NCBI GenBank assembly: GCA_028534125.1
Contig: CM052817.1
Coordinates: forward strand, 8,868,001 to 8,932,000
Length of the DNA stretch: 64,000 nt
DNA from: Lama glama
Lineage: Eukaryota
Direction: 5' to 3'
Numbering within the stretch: the first letter of the stretch is position 1; each line of letters begins with the position of its first letter. Of this stretch, positions 26,215-40,627 are shown in pieces. The notes beneath the pieces were generated by a model. It had not been told where the DNA came from. It saw nothing but the letters and a program-made list of their open reading frames with translations, and made no database searches. The position numbers and the translations under genes are program-made.

Positions 26215-26590
26215 AATAAACATTTATTGAGAACTTACTAGGTCCAGAAACTAGGCAAAGTACTTAAAATACAAAGATGAGTAACAATCTCTGCTCTTAG
26301 AGATTCATTCACTAAAAGATGAAAAAAAAGCCATCACTGGAAAATTATATTACATTGTGAAACATGAACTACAATAAGCACAGAAGAGGAGCATCTAACC
26401 CAGCAAAACTTCCTGGATGTTATGACATTTCTCCAAGGTGTCCAAGGTGGCAAACACATTCCTGGTAGAGGAAACAGCACAGACGTAAAGATGGAGTTAG
26501 ACACAGGATGTGTTTCTGAAAGGTGAAGTGTGGGCTAGAGCTGGAGCCTGGAAGAATTGAAAAGGAATGGATAAAGGATGACTCTGGTTA
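26215..26590 (-). mobile_element. L2 3' fragment
   Basis: aaacatttattgagaacttacta, attcctggtagaggaaacagcac. Confidence 0.7.
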
Positions 26591-27539
26591 CTTCACTACT
26601 TTCACACTTCATCTCCACCTAGAAGAGAGAGGGTCAAAATCACAGCTGTTTCAGAAGTTAGAAAATGTCTAAATAAGAAAACAAAAACAAACAACAAAAG
26701 GAACACTGGGTTCTAAGAAGATAGGACTAAATAATTTGGATTAAAGGGTAAATAGCTGGGGGTGAGACCAGGGGAGGTGAGGGAAAAGCAGCACAAAAAT
26801 TAAAGAATGATGATTACATAGTGCAGAAAGAAATGATACTTGGTAATGGCCAGAGACATGCATGGTCAAGGGAGAGGTCTGGCTTTATTTCATCATGGCA
26901 AATGATGATTTAGGATAAAAGAGACAAGAAATTAAGAATGAAACCAGAACATAGGTGAAGGAATTAGCCTAAATAATAATAATAAAGTCAAGATGAGTGT
27001 AGTACTTAGTCTGTGGTACTTAGTGTGAGATCTGTTGTGAGCATAGTACACTTACTTGTACATATGATCTTCACAACACACCTCTAAGGTATGTATCATT
27101 ATCATTATTTTACAGAAAAGAATACTAAGACACTGAAAGGGTAAAATAATGTTCCTAAGATTACTGAGCTAGTAAGTGCTGTAAATGGGACTCCAACCCA
27201 CCACTAGGATTTATGAAATTGCAAACAGAGGAAATACACCTCAGTTGTTGATAGTCTGTGACATTGTCATGATACTACAATACATGTACTGTATGTACTC
27301 TTTATGACCTCTAGGTGCCCAAGTGACATAGCTTATATCTAATTGACAAGAATGTACTGAAAGCAAAATTTGAATTATTGAAGTATAACAATTCCTATTT
27401 TTTCCTGGTAAAATGAAACAAAATGATAGATAATTTATAGACACTTGATCTTTTCCTGTCTAATACATGGTATGTTCATTATATATTATGTGTAATATAA
27501 CCACGGAGGCCCTAAAATATTGAAAAATGTTTTCAAATT

Positions 27540-29640
27540 TAAGGGCACATCTTCAACAATAGTAAACTAACAAATCATAGAGAAAATAAAAGGGACTAAA
27601 GTTGTTCTACTGGAAATACTAATACATGATTAAATTCTGGCTAGACTATCCAGACTAATGAAGGGCAAATAGAAGGAACCAACTATCAACATCAGAAATG
27701 AAAGGGAAATCACTATAGTTCCTTCAAAATTAAAATGATAATAAAGAAATATAATGAAGAAAATGATAGTATTTAATCAAACATTAATGAATTAATAAGT
27801 TCTTTGAAAAACACAAATTCCCATAACTGATTTGAGAAATAGAAAATCTAAATATCCCTATTACTATTAAAGCATTGAATTCATAATATTAAAATTTCTC
27901 ATAAAAGGGCAACTTCATTCCAGATAGCTTCACAGGTGAATTCTATATAAACCTTTCAGAAAATAGAAGACAAAAGAATATGTTCCAACTCAGTTTAGGA
28001 TGCTATCATTAACTTGGTATCAATAACTGGAAAACCAAAATGACAAAGAAAACTACAGTCCTATACTCCTCATTAACATAGACTCAAACTTCTGGGCAGG
28101 CACTCAAGGGAGCTAAAATCAGGACCTCAGAGAAAGATCTGCACTCCTATGTTCACTGCAGCATCATTCATAACAGCCAAACTATGGAAACAAGCTAAAT
28201 GTTCATTGACAGGTGAGTGAATATAGAAAATGTGGTATAGATATATAATGGAATATTACTCAATCTTAGAAAAGAAAGAAGTTCTGCTATTTGTGACTAC
28301 ATGGACGAACCCAAAGGACATTGTATATATTGAGTGAAATAAGACAGACAGAGAAAGACAATCGCTGCATGATCTTAACTTAATGTGGAATCTAAAATAG
28401 TCATAGAAGCAGGGAGTAGAATGATGATTGTCAGGGGCTAGGGGGAGGGGAAAATGGAGCTATGGTGGTCAAAGGGTGCAAAGTTTCAGTTACGAGAGTT
28501 GAATGAGTTCTGGAGATCTAATGAATAACATGTAGCTATAGTTAACAATACTGCATTGTATGCTTGAAATTTGCTAAGATGGTAGAGCTTAAATATCCTT
28601 ATCACAAACAAAAAGAAAAAGAAAAGGAAAAACTATGTGAGGTGACGGATATCTTAATTAGCTTGACTGTGGTAATCATTTCACAATGCATATGTGTATA
28701 TCAAGCATCAAGCTGTATATCTTAAATACATATATAATTTTTATTTCTCAATAATACTTCAATAAAGCCATTACAAAACATATATAGCAAAAATATTAAG
28801 AAATAAATCCAGCAATATATAAAAACATAATAACATATGATCAAGTTTGGTTTATCCTGTGAATTCAAGGTTGGTTTAATCTTTCAAAAATCACTTTAAT
28901 TCACAATATTAACTTAAAGGAGAAAATAAATATGATCATCTAAATTGATGCAGAAAAAGTTGGATAAAATTCCACACCCTACATGATTAAAGAGAAAAAA
29001 ATCAGCTAATTAGGAATAGAAAGGAACTTCCTCAATCTGATAATGCCATTTACCAGAAAACGTCTAGTAAACATTATATGTAACATTGAAATACTGAATT
29101 CTTTCCCCACTAAGGTCAATAGTAAGGCAGTATGACCACTCTCATCATTTTACTTCAATTTTATATTGGAGAAAAGTAAAAGCCACACAAATAATGACTA
29201 AACAGTCATTATTTGCAGAAGACAAACCATATATGTAGAAAATCTAAAGGAATCTGCAAAAGTTACTAGCAATGGCAACTGATTTTAGTAATGTCACTTA
29301 ACATAATTAATAATGTTTTGACTAACAGAAGTGATTAATTTGGGCTTATATACTACAATTGAAAATTAGAATGAACCTCAGAATTTAAAATAAAAATGTG
29401 TATTATTTAATACAGCATACAAAAATATGAAACTAACAAAATATTTGTGAGTCCATGTACAGAAGACAGAATTCCTAAAAAATGGACAGAAGTAGAAATT
29501 CCAGAAATAACATATATATTTTTTGACAAAAAATACCAAACCAACATACCAAGAAGAAACGGGAGTCTTTTCAATATATGGTGCTAGAACAACTAAATAT
29601 CCATATGTAGCAGGGGAAAATACACCTGAGATATAGACCA
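27540..29640 (+). mobile_element. Old L1 ORF2 remnant, split by a younger L1 3' end
   Basis: ccagatagcttcacaggtgaattcta, aaactacagtcctat, tgatcaagtttggtttatcc, gatgcagaaaaagttggataaaat, tatttgcagaagac (decayed FADD), tcttttcaatatatggtgctagaacaac. Confidence 0.85.
28089..28770 (+). mobile_element. L1MA/MB-like 3' end nested in older L1
   Basis: atctgcactcctatgttcactgcagc ... ttctggagatcta ... gtggtaatcatttcacaat ... cttcaataaagc; host ORF2 resumes after 28770. Confidence 0.85.
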
Positions 29641-30459
29641 ACCTCAGTCAATACTAGTTATTTCCCTCATTTTTTCTGCCATATACAATTGGTAGGATAC
29701 TGTCAGTTTAAATGACACTCCTAACATACATGGTAGCAGGCAGGATGCTGTTAAGCAGAAATTTCTCAAATTATAATTGTGGGTCAGTGAGGAAATCAAG
29801 ATGGTTGTTTATGATGTGAATACTGGAAATGTCATTGTAATGCTGATTTTTTAATTTATAAAGGAAAAATTTTGATCTAGTTTTAGCTCAGAATCCAAGC
29901 AAAAAAAAGTCTTTGTATCAAAATGACTTTAAAGTGTTCCTCTCTCTATTGGTGTGAACGGAGAGTGCTGAGTGGACCAGAGGGAAGATACTCATGGAAG
30001 AAGGTATGAAGGTTGTGGGGTGGGCGGTGGGGATCTTTGGACCACAAGGATGGCTTGTGGAAACACAGAGTCATTTTGACTTGGCAGAAAAACAAACAAC
30101 ATACTACAGTACATGTTGAAATAAGACAAAGTCTTCCCCTGAAATATTCAGATCTTAAGGATTTATGTCGAGCAAATGCAGAAGGCATAAATTAAATTTT
30201 TATATGATAAGTTATGTATGTGAGTGCACGTATAGGTGGGGTGTGCCAGACCCTTAGAGGTAAAAAAAAGCAGCATGAAACACTCTGAGGGTCAATCTAA
30301 AAAGTAAAACATAAAAATGATTTTGTTCATCACTGTTATGACATCTGATGCATGTGTTTTTCAAATTCCTTTCAGTATGAATGTTGTATAAATAAGACTG
30401 CATCTGTGAGCCTCAGTTTCCTCATTAGAATGAGAAATCCGTTGGATTAAAGGATCTTT

Positions 30460-30533
30460 TGAAAAATGTATTGAAGTATAGTTGATTTACAATGTTGTAT
30501 TAGCTTCAGGTGTACAGAAAAGTGATTCATGTG
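30460..30533 (-). mobile_element. About 70-bp L1 3'-terminal stub inside a MIR
   Basis: attgaagtatagttgatttacaatgttgtattagcttcaggtgtacag matches 23374-23435; TSD aaggatcttt (30450-30459) / aagggtcttt (30534-30543). Confidence 0.8.
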
Positions 30534-33334
30534 AAGGGTCTTTCCTAGTTCATTCCAGCTTTAACAGTCACTGTGATTTCTCCTTTTCCCTCTGAAAGAA
30601 TTGACTGTCTTTTTGTGGAACCTCAACTCAATCTCTAATGTGCCCTTGCCAGAGAAATGCTATATCAGCCCCTTTTCACTTAAAAAAAATTGTTAGCTTA
30701 GTATGGAAAAATGTTTACAATCTGTGGGGTGATGATCAGGAGAGAGGAAATTTTATAACCTCCCTTACAGAGCTTTTAATGGTTGCCATAGCCACCTATT
30801 TAAAATACCCTTTAAAAAGACATCTGCCAGATGATTCCCATGATTCCAGCTCTCCTAAGCGAAGAGTGAAGCTACGTGAGCCAGATGCCAACCTCACCTA
30901 ATTTGTTGAGACATAAATCGATCCCAATAAGGATATTCGGTAAAGGAGGAAAGAGTGTTTTTATAGACTGTAGAGAAGTAATAGTTGAGGAAATGACTTG
31001 AAATGGACTGAGGATTATCGGTGGTCCTTGGTCATTGGAAGTGAAATATGAGTTCCTTGAAACCTCTCTTTGGTCTTTAGTCTTCTTTAAAGTGCTCTAT
31101 GATTCACTGGAAATCCCACTACTTTTTTATTATGACTATTAATAGTACTGCTTTGGTTGGTTTTCAGGCTTTTAGATGTGTATATATATGTCTGTTACTG
31201 CTGTTCATATGGGAATACTGAAGATCTCAAATACTTTTGAAGCTGGTTAATCACTGGCCAGTCACGACACCTGTTCATCCAAAGGCACCTCTGTTGCTTT
31301 ATGAATCTGTATGTGTTTTTGTGTATCAATGAACCATCCTGGGAATGAAATTCTCTGGTTACAATAGATAACCCGGCAGGTAGTAGCTTACTTCAGACCA
31401 TATCAAAAGGTCCCCCACTTTCTTTTCAGTTTCTCCTTACACTTTCTTGGTTTCTTCTACCCTTAAATCTACTCAGATCTTTCCCTTTTTGGAAGGTGTG
31501 GTAATAATATTTCTCTAATAGAGCGAATCTTCAGGATTTTATTCTCAAGGAAAATTGCAATTCTATTTGTGTGTGTGTTGTTAAATCAGGTTAACAGACC
31601 ATTTGTTATTAACTTCAATGGGCAAAGAAATCACAGAAGGGCATCTTGAAGAGGAAAGGAGTATGGAAAGGATAATCTCCTCCCTCTGTTTCAATGATGG
31701 CCTTGGGACTAAATGTGTGGATACAAGCCATGAACTCACAAGTGGAGACTCAAAACAGTTCAGGGTGGTCCAGTAAAAGAGGTCACCGTACCAACTAAGC
31801 TGCAGGCAAACATCAAACACAGTCTAGGAATCAAGGTCAGAGGCAAGAATTGAAGCCAAATCACTTTCTAGGTGTCAGGGCATAAGGCACAATGAATCCA
31901 GTGCAGAAGATATGAGGTGCATTCAAGATTCAAATCTGGCAAAAAAAAAAAAAAAGGAAGAATCATCTTGGAATAGTCAGTCAGCCTATCTAGCCACCAA
32001 TGAAACATGGTCTAACTTAATTCAGGAGAAGAGCTCGTGTTGGCAGGGGATTTCCTTAGAAGACCAGGCACCCAGATTCTTGGAGAAGCAGCATACCATC
32101 TCCCAAATGTGCTTCCTGATGAGGTCCCTTATAATGCTTGCTTTTGAGGTCCTTATCTTCCCCTCAGGAGGGTGTTTCCCTTACTCATGACTCAGCTGCC
32201 CACAGCTTGTCTTAAATAGCCATTTTGCAAAAGTGAGCAGACACCACTGCCTAGATGCTACTTTACTTACTGATAGAATTGCATTCATATCTGCAAATGG
32301 TCCAACACTTCACATGTCAACATGTTTTGAGGGTGTCTCTAACCCAAAGATTTTTTTAATAGGTATAAAAGCAAACAAACAAAAACCTATGCCACACAGA
32401 AATGGTTATGGATACACACAATTTCTATATATAGAAAACAAAACATTACCATCTTCAATCTTACCTGAAGAATTTCTGGTAATACAGAAATTACCTTCAC
32501 ATTCCTCACAACTGCTTCAACATGCCTTTAATAGATGCTTGAAATCCTCTTCTATCTCTGTGCTTCATCTTTACAGGATATATTCAAAGACATTTCCTTA
32601 GACTAGACTCTTGGGTCCCTCATCCCTCACACTAAAGTGAGACAAGATGTCTTCTCTCTCTAGGAATTACAGAGATTTTAGTGAGATTGGTCTGTTGTTT
32701 TTACCACCTTTTCTTCCCAGATCTAAAATCTCTAGAATGTGCATCTTGGAGAGCAGAAAGTGGATGAGGGATGGAAAAGAATCCAGGACTCCCATCCCTC
32801 TTTGTTCATTCACCTCCTCTCTGTAGACCCTATCTTTGCATTTCAGCTCTCTAACCCCTTAGGATAAATTCTTTCTGTGGAGTTCTCAAACGTCTCCACC
32901 ATACAGATTCCTATCACCAGCCCTCCATCAAGCCCAGAGATGCCTGAATTGTGGAATAAATGGATTTTTATCACAATGCACTACTGAACACTATGGCAAA
33001 TAGAGAATATGGTGTTCTCAGGTGTTGAGGCCGATGCTTGGATCTGGACACACCTTAAGACTTCAAAGGCTGAAGCACCAAGAGTTTCGCTTTCAAAATG
33101 CACTTACATTCTTTAAATTGCAACCTCTCTATGCATAAAATGAGAAGGAACTGACTCTCTTGAGACCATCTGGAACACAGGTGTTTTTCCTAAGCCCTGC
33201 TTCCCTACCCACAAACCACGGAGGCCTTTAAAAGCTCCCTCAATTCTGTCATGACATTTTTCCTGAAAACCATCAAGAAACATTATCACCTTGTATATTC
33301 TTAGTTCTCAGCTTTCTTTTGTTGAATTTTCAGT

Positions 33335-33374
33335 TATCTATCTATCTATCTATCTATCTATCATCATCTGTCTG

Positions 33375-33418
<44 letters not shown>

Positions 33419-33430
33419 CTTGTCATCTAT
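33335..33430. repeat. (TATC)n compound microsatellite
   Basis: Directly visible. Confidence 0.97.
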
Positions 33431-33519
33431 TTAGGGTGGGGAACCCAAACACGAATGCCAGAACTCATAATGCAGCCTGAGACAAACGGTGCCACCAGGT
33501 ATTGAGTTCCTGTAATGCG

Positions 33520-33695
33520 CATGTGTTGTTTGATTCTCATGACTCTCTGAGATAAATATTACCATTCTCATTTTGTTATAAGGAAACAGAAGCTCAGAAA
33601 GGTTAAACAACTTGTCTAAGATCACACAGCTCTAAAGAGGCAGGGACCAATCTTGAACTCAGGTTTGTCTCCAAAGCTAACCTTCTTTCCATTAC
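33520..33695 (-). mobile_element. MIR SINE
   Basis: cattttgttataaggaaacagaagctcagaaaggttaaacaacttgtctaagatcacacagct. Confidence 0.85.
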
Positions 33696-34334
33696 TCACC
33701 CTGCCACTCATCTTTTTGAGCCTCCCCTTTTTTCCCCCCTTTCTTGGTGCCAATAATGCTATCTCATGGGACAGCTGTGTAGATTCATTACAAAATATAA
33801 ATGTGCCTGACACAATGCCTTGGAAGTGCACTGGGGGCCTAAAATATTACTTTTAATTGAATCCATCCCTTTGTTTTTGAATTTCTCATTCCTTTTTAGC
33901 AGGAACCACTCCGTCAGGTTCTGCAGGTGTCTAGTCCACTAGGAGTGCTTAGTACACCATGAGACAAGAGAAAAGATTTCTTCTCTCCTGAGTACTCATG
34001 GGGACAAGAAGTTAAACAAGAAGGTAGGGTTCCAAATGAAGGACTAAGGAGAAGAAAAGTTTGGAATGAGACTGGAAAATACAAGCAAAAACGGAAGGAA
34101 AATGGAGACAACAAAATATTACAGAGGCCAAGGAAGAAAAGAATTTCAAGACGTGAAATCATGTCAAAGTAATACGTCATAGGTAATTGTAACAGCTAAC
34201 CTTATACAACTTTTTATGTGCCAGTACTGCTCTGTGTTACATATGTTATCATAACTTTGTTCACAACAATGCTCCGGGATGGATACTATTGTCATTTCCA
34301 TTTCATAGAACAGGGAGCTAAGATATAGAAAGAT

Positions 34335-34858
34335 TTCTGTACTGCATAATAATATTACTACAATTCAGCAGCTCAAACAAAACACGTATTTATTATCGCA
34401 TAGTTTTTGTGGGTCAGGAGTCCAGCCACAGATTAGTTGGTCCCATTGCTGAAAGTCTCACAAGGCTGCAGTCAAGGCTTTGCTGAGTTGTGTTCTCATT
34501 TGGAAGCTTACATGCCGAAGACACTGTTCCCAAGTTCACTCAGTTCTTTGCTGGCTCTTGGCTGGAGTTTTCATGTAATTCCTAGAGGCTACCTGCAGTC
34601 CCCTGCCATGTGAGTTTCCTCAGCACGACCACTTGCTTCATCGAACCTGCAAAAAGAATCTTTAGGATGAGTCTTCTAACAAGACAGTCTTATATAAACT
34701 AATGTAATCATGGGTATGACAACCTATAACTTTTGCCTTCTTCCGTTGGTTAGAAGCAAGTCACAGTTTCCAGCTGCACCCAAGGGAAGGAGATTGTACA
34801 AATGTGTGGACACCAGAAGGCAGGGATCACTGAGGTCATTTAGGGTCTGTCCAGCACA
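34335..34858 (-). mobile_element. MLT1F-like LTR adjoining a MIR (34185-34335)
   Basis: tttattatcgcatagtttttgtgggtcaggagtccag, tctcacaaggctgcagtcaagg, ttggttagaagcaagtcacag. Confidence 0.8.
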
Positions 34859-36424
34859 ATTACTCAGGTATTTTGTGTCAAACAGGCCACTTGATTTCAA
34901 GGACTCCTCTTAAGCACTTTGCCATTGAGATTGGCAACATGGATATTGACAGATTCCAGAGAGAGTGGTTTTACAGGAGTGATGAGTAGAAACCTAATTG
35001 CTGGGCAACAGGCATGTTTCACTCTTATGTTCTTGCTTCCTTTTTTCCCCCCCTCATTGTTTTGTTTTATTTTTTTTCCCAATTCATTTATCTTCCTTCT
35101 CCCTTTTCTTTTTCTTCCTCTTCCTTTCCCTCCTCCTTTTCCTTCTCTCTTAAGCAATCAGTTGCTGTGATTGTAAATTGCACATCTTATGTATTAAAAA
35201 GGTTCATTTGCACTGGGTACTAAGCCAGGTGCTTAGGATACAGTTGTGAATTAGAAGTATTTTTACTGCCTCCTTAGAGTTTACCTTCTTCCCAAGACTC
35301 TGAGACAGACTTTCTTCTTTGAAAGTTGTTCAGATTGACCCTCAGCAAAGTTGTGAAGTGAGCACTATTCATCCTCCTTATCACTGATCCTTTCTATTCT
35401 GAGTCCTTCTTGGGAGAAAGGAGAATATAACTGGAAATCCACAGTGACTGTGAAGTCAAGCTGACCTAGGTTTGAAACTGACTGGTAACCAGGGTACATT
35501 TGTAAATCTTGCTGATGAAAATCTTAACTTTTCAGAGAGTGCAGAGAATTCAAATAGGCAATGCATTGACTGCAAGATCTGCCAGTCCCTAGTAATATGT
35601 TCTAATTCATAAAATGATGAATTTTATGATCTCCAGAAGTAAAATATTTAATTATTTCACTAATGTATTTTCACCAAAAATTAACACACAGAAGAAAAAC
35701 AAACTGATAAGCAGATGAATTTGATTTTCTATTTCTCTGTTTAGTTCTTGGGGGGCCATCTTTAGATAGAATCAAAAAAGGCCAATAAAAATCTATCACA
35801 TTTGTTAAATTATTGTCTGAACAAAGGAATGAATAAATGTGTAAATAAATGAATGACTAAAATAATACAATGAATCAGTGAAAGAAGAATGACTGACTGC
35901 TAAATAAGCAAATGAATCCATCAACTACTTACCTGTTAAGAAGAAGCAAGTGTTGGTCAAATGTAATTAACTCATTTTTGAAAAGGCATATATTTCTTTT
36001 CTAGTTTCCCACCCTGCTGTCTTCTTAAACTATCCATGGCCAAGTGAAGAAGCAGATGTAGGAATCTTACTGAATCAACAGTGATGAGAATCCTGGTGAT
36101 GTTAGGGCTCAGAAATTTCCCTGGTCTGGCAGAGGGGATTTGAGCCAAAGAAGAAACTCCCTGGGTTTCAGACAGTCTACAGTTAAGACAGTATTTACTA
36201 AAGGAGAATGGAAGCTTGGTCCAAAGCCAGATGTTTACCAACTAGACAGCCAGGGAAGGGGCAAGGGTGCTGGCTCTTAATGGGTGAGAGCCAAAAGCAC
36301 AGCTTGTAAGTAAGGGCTACCAGTTGTTCGGTTCTTACTATGAGCCAGAGATTCTACCTTCTCCAAACCCAGGAACATGCCATGCAGGGACAGTCCCTCC
36401 CATGAAGCTCTTGGGGCCTGCAGG

Positions 36425-36700
36425 GTTTTGACATTCAGAATTTCATGGCTGTACAAAGATAGCACAATATGTATGTCATATACATGTAACATCTCCAGCA
36501 TAATCACATTAATATTTCTGCATCTAACATGGTGACCATTGAGACTAGCTATGATAAGTGATGACTCAAATAACTGCACGTCAATTCAGGAAGGTTTTTG
36601 CTGCCCAAAAGAGCTTTTGCTTCAAACTTATGAAAAAAAAAAATCTTTCAGATATCAGGGCTTTTCAGATTACAGAATTGTGGAAAATGACCGTGGACTT
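36425..36700. mobile_element. Old TcMar-Tigger-like MITE
   Basis: Terminal gcttttcagattacagaattgtggaaaatgaccgtggact resembles old Tigger ends. Confidence 0.45.
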
Positions 36701-38689
36701 AAATTTCCTTGGTGTTTTGTAAATGAAGAAACTTGAGACCCAGAGAAGTGTCATGATTCACCAATATGCACAAGCTAGGAAACATGGCCACTGGGATTTG
36801 AAAATAAACCTAACACTTACGCCCCCAGAGGGTCTGGGAGCCAGAGGAGGGAGAAGTTCAGACCTTGCTGTTCTGGTGCTTGTTGAACCTTCTTTTCTGT
36901 TTAATATATATGGGACTGTGGACACAGGGCTTCTCAATGACCCAGGCTTTGCCCAGCTTTTGAGGATTCCAGGATGTTAAAAGATGAAGAAATGTTAAGA
37001 CCAGATTATGAAAACGATACATGGAAACACACAAACACACACAGGCTGGTTAGAAACAATCCCAGCCCTGCCCTTGAGTAGCTCAATTATTTCAGAAAGA
37101 GTGAAAAAGTTCATCAGATATTTTCTCATCTATGACTTGAAAAGAAATGAGTTTTATCTGCAAGTGTTCCAGGAACTTTAACCCTCACAATAGCCCTATG
37201 AGGTGGGTTCTAGTATTTGCTCCATTTTATGGGAGAGGAAACTAAAATATTGCTGTTATTGGATTACACTGACCAGCTTGTCTACTTACTGTGAAAAGTC
37301 TTCCTACTCTTACAGTACAGTCTTAGATATTGGATGAGAAGAACAAAGCTAATACCGTAGTACACACTGGTTGGTATTCTCCTAAATTTTAGTGGCATGT
37401 CCTGCATGTATATAGGTGAACAGGGATGGATCAGCAGGCATTTTGCTCTGACTTGATTCAGTTCATCTAATCCAACTTGCTGAACTAAATAGGTGGTTGG
37501 ACATATGAAAAGTATGAATGGATGGTAGGCTAATGGATAGATTCATCCCAACACTTGACTTTTAAGATGAACTCATTGAGTCCATATGATAAACATGCAA
37601 TAGCCCTGAAAGAGAAACCAAAGCACTCATGAGTATTTGAAGACACCCGCCAGTGTCTGGATACATTTCCTGTGGGGCTTCATCATCGTCATGCTGTACT
37701 GTTTCCTTTGGAATGAGTGTTTAATTTACTCTCTGGGTTTTAGGCTTGGCTCTCCTTGCTTAGGCTATCTTGAAATATTCACATTCCTTGTTTAGAACTT
37801 TGCAGCCAAGCCCTAATCTTGGAGCCAGTGCCTTAGCCTGTTTAACCAGGAAAAGGGGAATTCACACTAAATGAATGGAGAAGATGGGTGGACCTCCTGA
37901 ATTATTAGATTAATGACGAGTATTGGACCCAGGAATGTATTCCTTGTTCCTCAACACTACTGTATTTTTGTTTCCACTTTCTATAGCTTGTCTTGGCAGA
38001 GCAAATTTTTAACAGATTAACTGTAACTGACTGTCTTGTTTATTTTAAGGCATTATCACATCCATGCCCGGAGCAATAATTATATAATGTTTCACTAGGG
38101 TAACTGGCAGTTCAGCAATTAATGACACAAGCAGCAGGTCATGAGATTTTCCACTCTCTATAGGGTTGCCTATTTGTATAACTTTGACCTTGGAAGCTTT
38201 TTATGAGATATGAGATTTCATACTTCATTGTGTCCCTGCCCTCAAGGTTAACTAATACGCTTTTTTCCCCTTAGCTATAGCAGACTCTGTTCTATTTTAT
38301 TTGGATTCAAAATGTCTTTTCTTTAAGGGTAGTTTTGTTTTTACACACCCATCATCTGGACCTTTTGTTCTTTTCAGCTTTTTTTTTGTTTTTTTTAAGG
38401 AATATCCAGATTGTCTCCAGTTCTATAATGGAGCCAACTACTTACGAGTGGGAACTGAATCATAGATTGAGGGAAGGCCACAGATTCTAGGAAGATTGAA
38501 GTACCAAGCATGACTCTGCAGTCCCTCCAGATTCCAAGATCAAATGAATTTACCTGTTTTATATGTCTTATACCTCCAAGTAAGATTTAATCTAACAGAG
38601 AGAAAATACGGTGTCATTGAAAGTTTCTCAACTTTTACATGAAAAAATAGAAACTTGTGGGATAACTCTCAATTTATTCATTTTAATAT

Positions 38690-39330
38690 CTTCTTTTCTT
38701 CCTTCTTTCCTTCCTTCCTTCTTTCTTTCTTTTCCTTTTTTTATCTTTTTATTTCTCTTTCTTCCTTTGAACATATATTTATATTGTATGCCTACTATGT
38801 TCTAGACCCTGTGTTTGCATAAAGAAGAAATCCACACAGTCCCCATCATGGACTCTATCAAGTTAGAGTATGAGATGTTAATACCCCTGTACTGGGATTC
38901 CAACCTATCCAGAAATAGTAAGATCTGAAAAATAAGTACAATGAGTGCAGTAGAGTTGAGAGGAAGAGGGCTCCAGGCAGAGGGGTCCAAACAGAAATCC
39001 TGCAGAGAGAATGGAAGAACAGCTTGTGTGGCTGTGGTCCTGAGGCTGAGGCAATAGAGTGAAAGATAGATCCTGAGAGTTGGGCCACGGCCAGGCAAGG
39101 AAGTATATTCGCCATACTAAAGATGGGAAAAGGTATGTCTGAAATAGCCTGTTTGGTATTTTGAAAATAGTGTTTTGGCTACAGAGTAAAGTGCAGGTTG
39201 GAGAAAAGCACAAGCAGATGTGAGTGGACCAGTTACCAGGCCAAAGGAAAGATTATGGTAGCTTCTACTTGAATAAGGTGATGAGGATGGAGAGAAAGAG
39301 ACCTACTCAAGACAGAATTAGAAGGAAAAT
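38690..39330 (-). mobile_element. L2 fragment with CT-rich low-complexity head
   Basis: aacatatatttatattgtatgcctactatgttctagaccctgtg; gaaatcctgcagagagaatggaagaacagc. Confidence 0.65.
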
Positions 39331-40089
39331 TCCTTCTCTACAGTCCTCCCCTAGGCTAACTTCTGTTCTTTTGGAAGGCCTCTTCCATTTGTTGAGATGA
39401 ACAGTGTATTTTTACATTCGTACCATCTTGCCCAACTTCATCACTGGGTTGGGCTTTATAAAGTTTTCCATTTTATGTGTTTATCTTTAAGAAGGAGACA
39501 AGTGAACAGTGGCAAATAAAGCCATGACAACTGGCCTTTATGTGTCATGCAGTGTGGTGTGAATGCATTCCATCAACACTGAAGAAATTATTCTTGAGGA
39601 GCACCTAATGTTAGGGCCTGGGAAGCTCAGAAATGAATAAGCCACTATCCTTATCTGTCCTTGAGGAATTCCCAGATTAGTGGAGAGGGACAAGTAAACA
39701 TAATAACAAGTTAAATTTGTAGACTGTGATGAACAATGATCAAAAGTATGTACCAGATGCAGAAAAGGTCTCAGAGAGAAATTGGATAATTCTGATGCTA
39801 AGGAGGAAGAGTAGTGAGGTCACAGGTAACACTTAAAGATAGCAGCAGTTTCCTAGTAAATCTAAACACATCATTATGAGGCAGGGAGTGGGTGAGCTGA
39901 ACATGACAGGAAAATTAAAGCTGTTCTGAAATTTTCTGCAGGCACATGGCTTTGAGTGTGCCATCATCCCTCTCTTCTTATAGAGGAAATTATTCCTCAA
40001 TTATCCTAAAAGCATGCTTTTAGAAATATGTAATCATTTAAGATCTTTTTTTTTTTTAAATTATAAGGTTTGGATGCTCCTGGTATTTG

Positions 40090-40452
40090 CACCAGGATTG
40101 AAGAAAGGAAAGATTAGGATGTGATATAGTAACAAATGCTTCTGCCAATCCCATGGAAGGTGGGAGGCATGGGGGAAGGGGCTTGAAATTGGAATAACTC
40201 TACAAAATTTTGCTGTATTTGCTAACGGGGGCAAGGGCCTTTATAACCCGGTATTGGACCAGCCATTGTGCTCATTGATGTGCCTGGGAAGAGGCTATGA
40301 TCTTATGTGAGGTGGATTTCTTCATCCAAGAGCCATCTATTGAGGGAGACTCAAAGGCAATCTATGAGCTGTCAACACTTCCTTTGCATTGGGAGAATAG
40401 TGTTTCAGTCTTGGAAGGGGACGGGGGTCTGGTAGCTGTACACATCCTTCAT
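40090..40452 (-). mobile_element. ERVL LTR33/LTR16-like fragment
   Basis: ggcctttataacccggtattggaccagccattg ... gtttcagtcttggaagggg..tctgg. Confidence 0.55.
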
Positions 40453-40627
40453 CTTAGTTCTTTGCCTATTACAAAAAAAAACTGTGATGGGAATCCAGAT
40501 ATGTACTTTATCCCCTGATGACACATCAAATGATTTTGTAAAAGCTCTACCTTGGAATGCAATGCCCCAGGGCTAAGTGCCAACTAGAACAGCCTTGCAG
40601 CTATGGTTATGGCCCCTTCTCTTAATA

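Noticed and set aside
31690..33180. Possible old LTR fragments (31700-31950, 32930-33170)
   Set aside because: Only vague resemblance; family and boundaries cannot be supported without a search.
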